A stretch of 64,000 nt of DNA from Candidatus Aenigmatarchaeota archaeon. GTDB lineage: Archaea > Aenigmatarchaeota > Aenigmatarchaeia > CG10238-14 > SpSt-28. The DNA lies in NCBI GenBank assembly GCA_039000985.1, contig JAWBMD010000004.1, positions 2,345-66,344 of the forward strand, read 5' to 3'. Made by a program: the position numbers and the translations under genes. Below, piece after piece: positions 63,242 to 64,000 of the stretch (the first letter of the stretch is position 1; each line of letters opens with the position of its first letter). The notes beneath the pieces were generated by a model that had not been told where the DNA came from, ran no database searches, and saw nothing but the letters and a program-made list of their open reading frames with translations.

Positions 63242-64000
63242 TATTTAAAAATTAAAAACTTCAGCAATACAAATACTAAAACAGAAATCAGAACTCCAAC
63301 AATTATTTTAGTTATATTTGCTAAATCTAAATTTGCTTTTACTGGAGCTGTAACAAATGCTGTTTTTATATCTTCTTTTTCTTTTGTTTCATTTTTCTTT
63401 TCAACTTGCTCACTACTTTCATTTTTACTTATTTCAATTGTTGTAGTACTTTCGTTTAAAGTTATGTTTGGAACTAATGTTATTTTACTTTCATTTTTCA
63501 TCAAAATAAAACGTGATGATGAAGTTGTTGAAGTACCCTCATTTGAAAGCATTTGTGGAACATAGCTTGGAGAACATGGTGTACCAAAATCTATTAAGCT
63601 TTCTCCCCAAACACCATTGTTCTTAGGCTCTAAACTTCTTTTATTCCCATTTCCTCCCATGTTGTTTGAATAAAACACACTTTCAAAAACATGTTTTGAA
63701 GAATTCGCTAAACCAATTGTTTCGTTTGTATTCCTTAAAGAAAAGCTTGACTTAACAATTAAACAATTAGCATTTGGGTAATCTAACTTAAATTGAGTTA
63801 TATTTGTTGTTATTATTGCATATTCGTTAGCATGTAAAATTGGAGAAGAATTGCTCGCAACAATCTTATGATATCCACTTTCATCCACAAAATATATTTT
63901 GCTCAAATCAAAATCACAATTACCTTTATTAAAAATTTCTACCCATTCTCTACCAGTATCTCTACCATAAGGATTATACATTATTTCCGTTATTATTAAA
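63241..64000 (-). CDS. Surface protein with lamin-tail domain (LTD) and C-terminal TM anchor, 5' end outside the window
   Basis: ITEIMYNPYGRDTGREWVEIFN is the LTD signature. The frame stays open to nt 64000. C-terminal helix IIVGVLISVLVFVLL. Confidence 0.65.
   Translation of the reverse strand, partial: LIITEIMYNPYGRDTGREWVEIFNKGNCDFDLSKIYFVDESGYHKIVASNSSPILHANEYAIITTNITQFKLDYPNANCLIVKSSFSLRNTNETIGLANSSKHVFESVFYSNNMGGNGNKRSLEPKNNGVWGESLIDFGTPCSPSYVPQMLSNEGTSTTSSSRFILMKNESKITLVPNITLNESTTTIEISKNESSEQVEKKNETKEKEDIKTAFVTAPVKANLDLANITKIIVGVLISVLVFVLLKFLIFK

Noticed and set aside
1-64000. CRISPR arrays, IS elements, integrases and rRNA genes.
   Set aside because: None was seen. The only regularly spaced repeats are the ~1.3-kb-period 3' modules of the ATPase array, which are coding, and the intragenic propeller repeats. 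No transposase or integrase motifs appear in any ORF.

Overview
Very AT-rich, gene-dense archaeal chromosome segment. Many neighbouring genes share ATGA, GTGA or TTGA start/stop overlaps. Archaeal markers read directly from the translations: a histone-fold protein, aEF-1beta with its upstream Zn-ribbon partner, eS4/uL5/uL24/uS14, a Nop10-like Zn ribbon, NMD3, class V FBP aldolase/phosphatase, methanogen-type SerRS, archaeal ProRS and TyrRS, a FlaJ/TadC-like membrane protein, and several proteins with class III (type IV pilin-like) signal peptides. The compactness, gene decay and surface/glycosylation gene content suggest a small-genome, possibly DPANN-like archaeon; that is inference only. No rRNA, CRISPR array, transposase or integrase was recognised. 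Two tRNAs are present: Arg-GCG and Val-UAC. Accessory content: (1) nt 1-7605 holds six tandem COG1373-type AAA+ ATPase paralogs. Their bodies are highly divergent, but their last ~240 nt are near-identical and mosaic. The array is translationally coupled to a frameshifted AlbA_2/HATPase_c_4 gene. (2) nt 37394-42677 holds an MmeI/PglX-like N6-adenine methyltransferase of ~1220 aa, split into two ORFs exactly at an A8 tract, followed by a BrxL-type AAA+ ATPase that lacks the Lon protease domain. No PglZ or BrxC is present. (3) nt 22724-28704 is a tightly packed operon downstream of class II RNR. It encodes pilin-like proteins, a divergent ureohydrolase-fold protein and two large proteins I cannot place. 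(4) Also present are an intact MNT nucleotidyltransferase next to a decayed HEPN gene, a dUTPase/dCTP-deaminase paralog bracketed by ~72-bp direct repeats, and several pseudogenes or remnants. All functional calls come from by-eye motif recognition. No database search was run.
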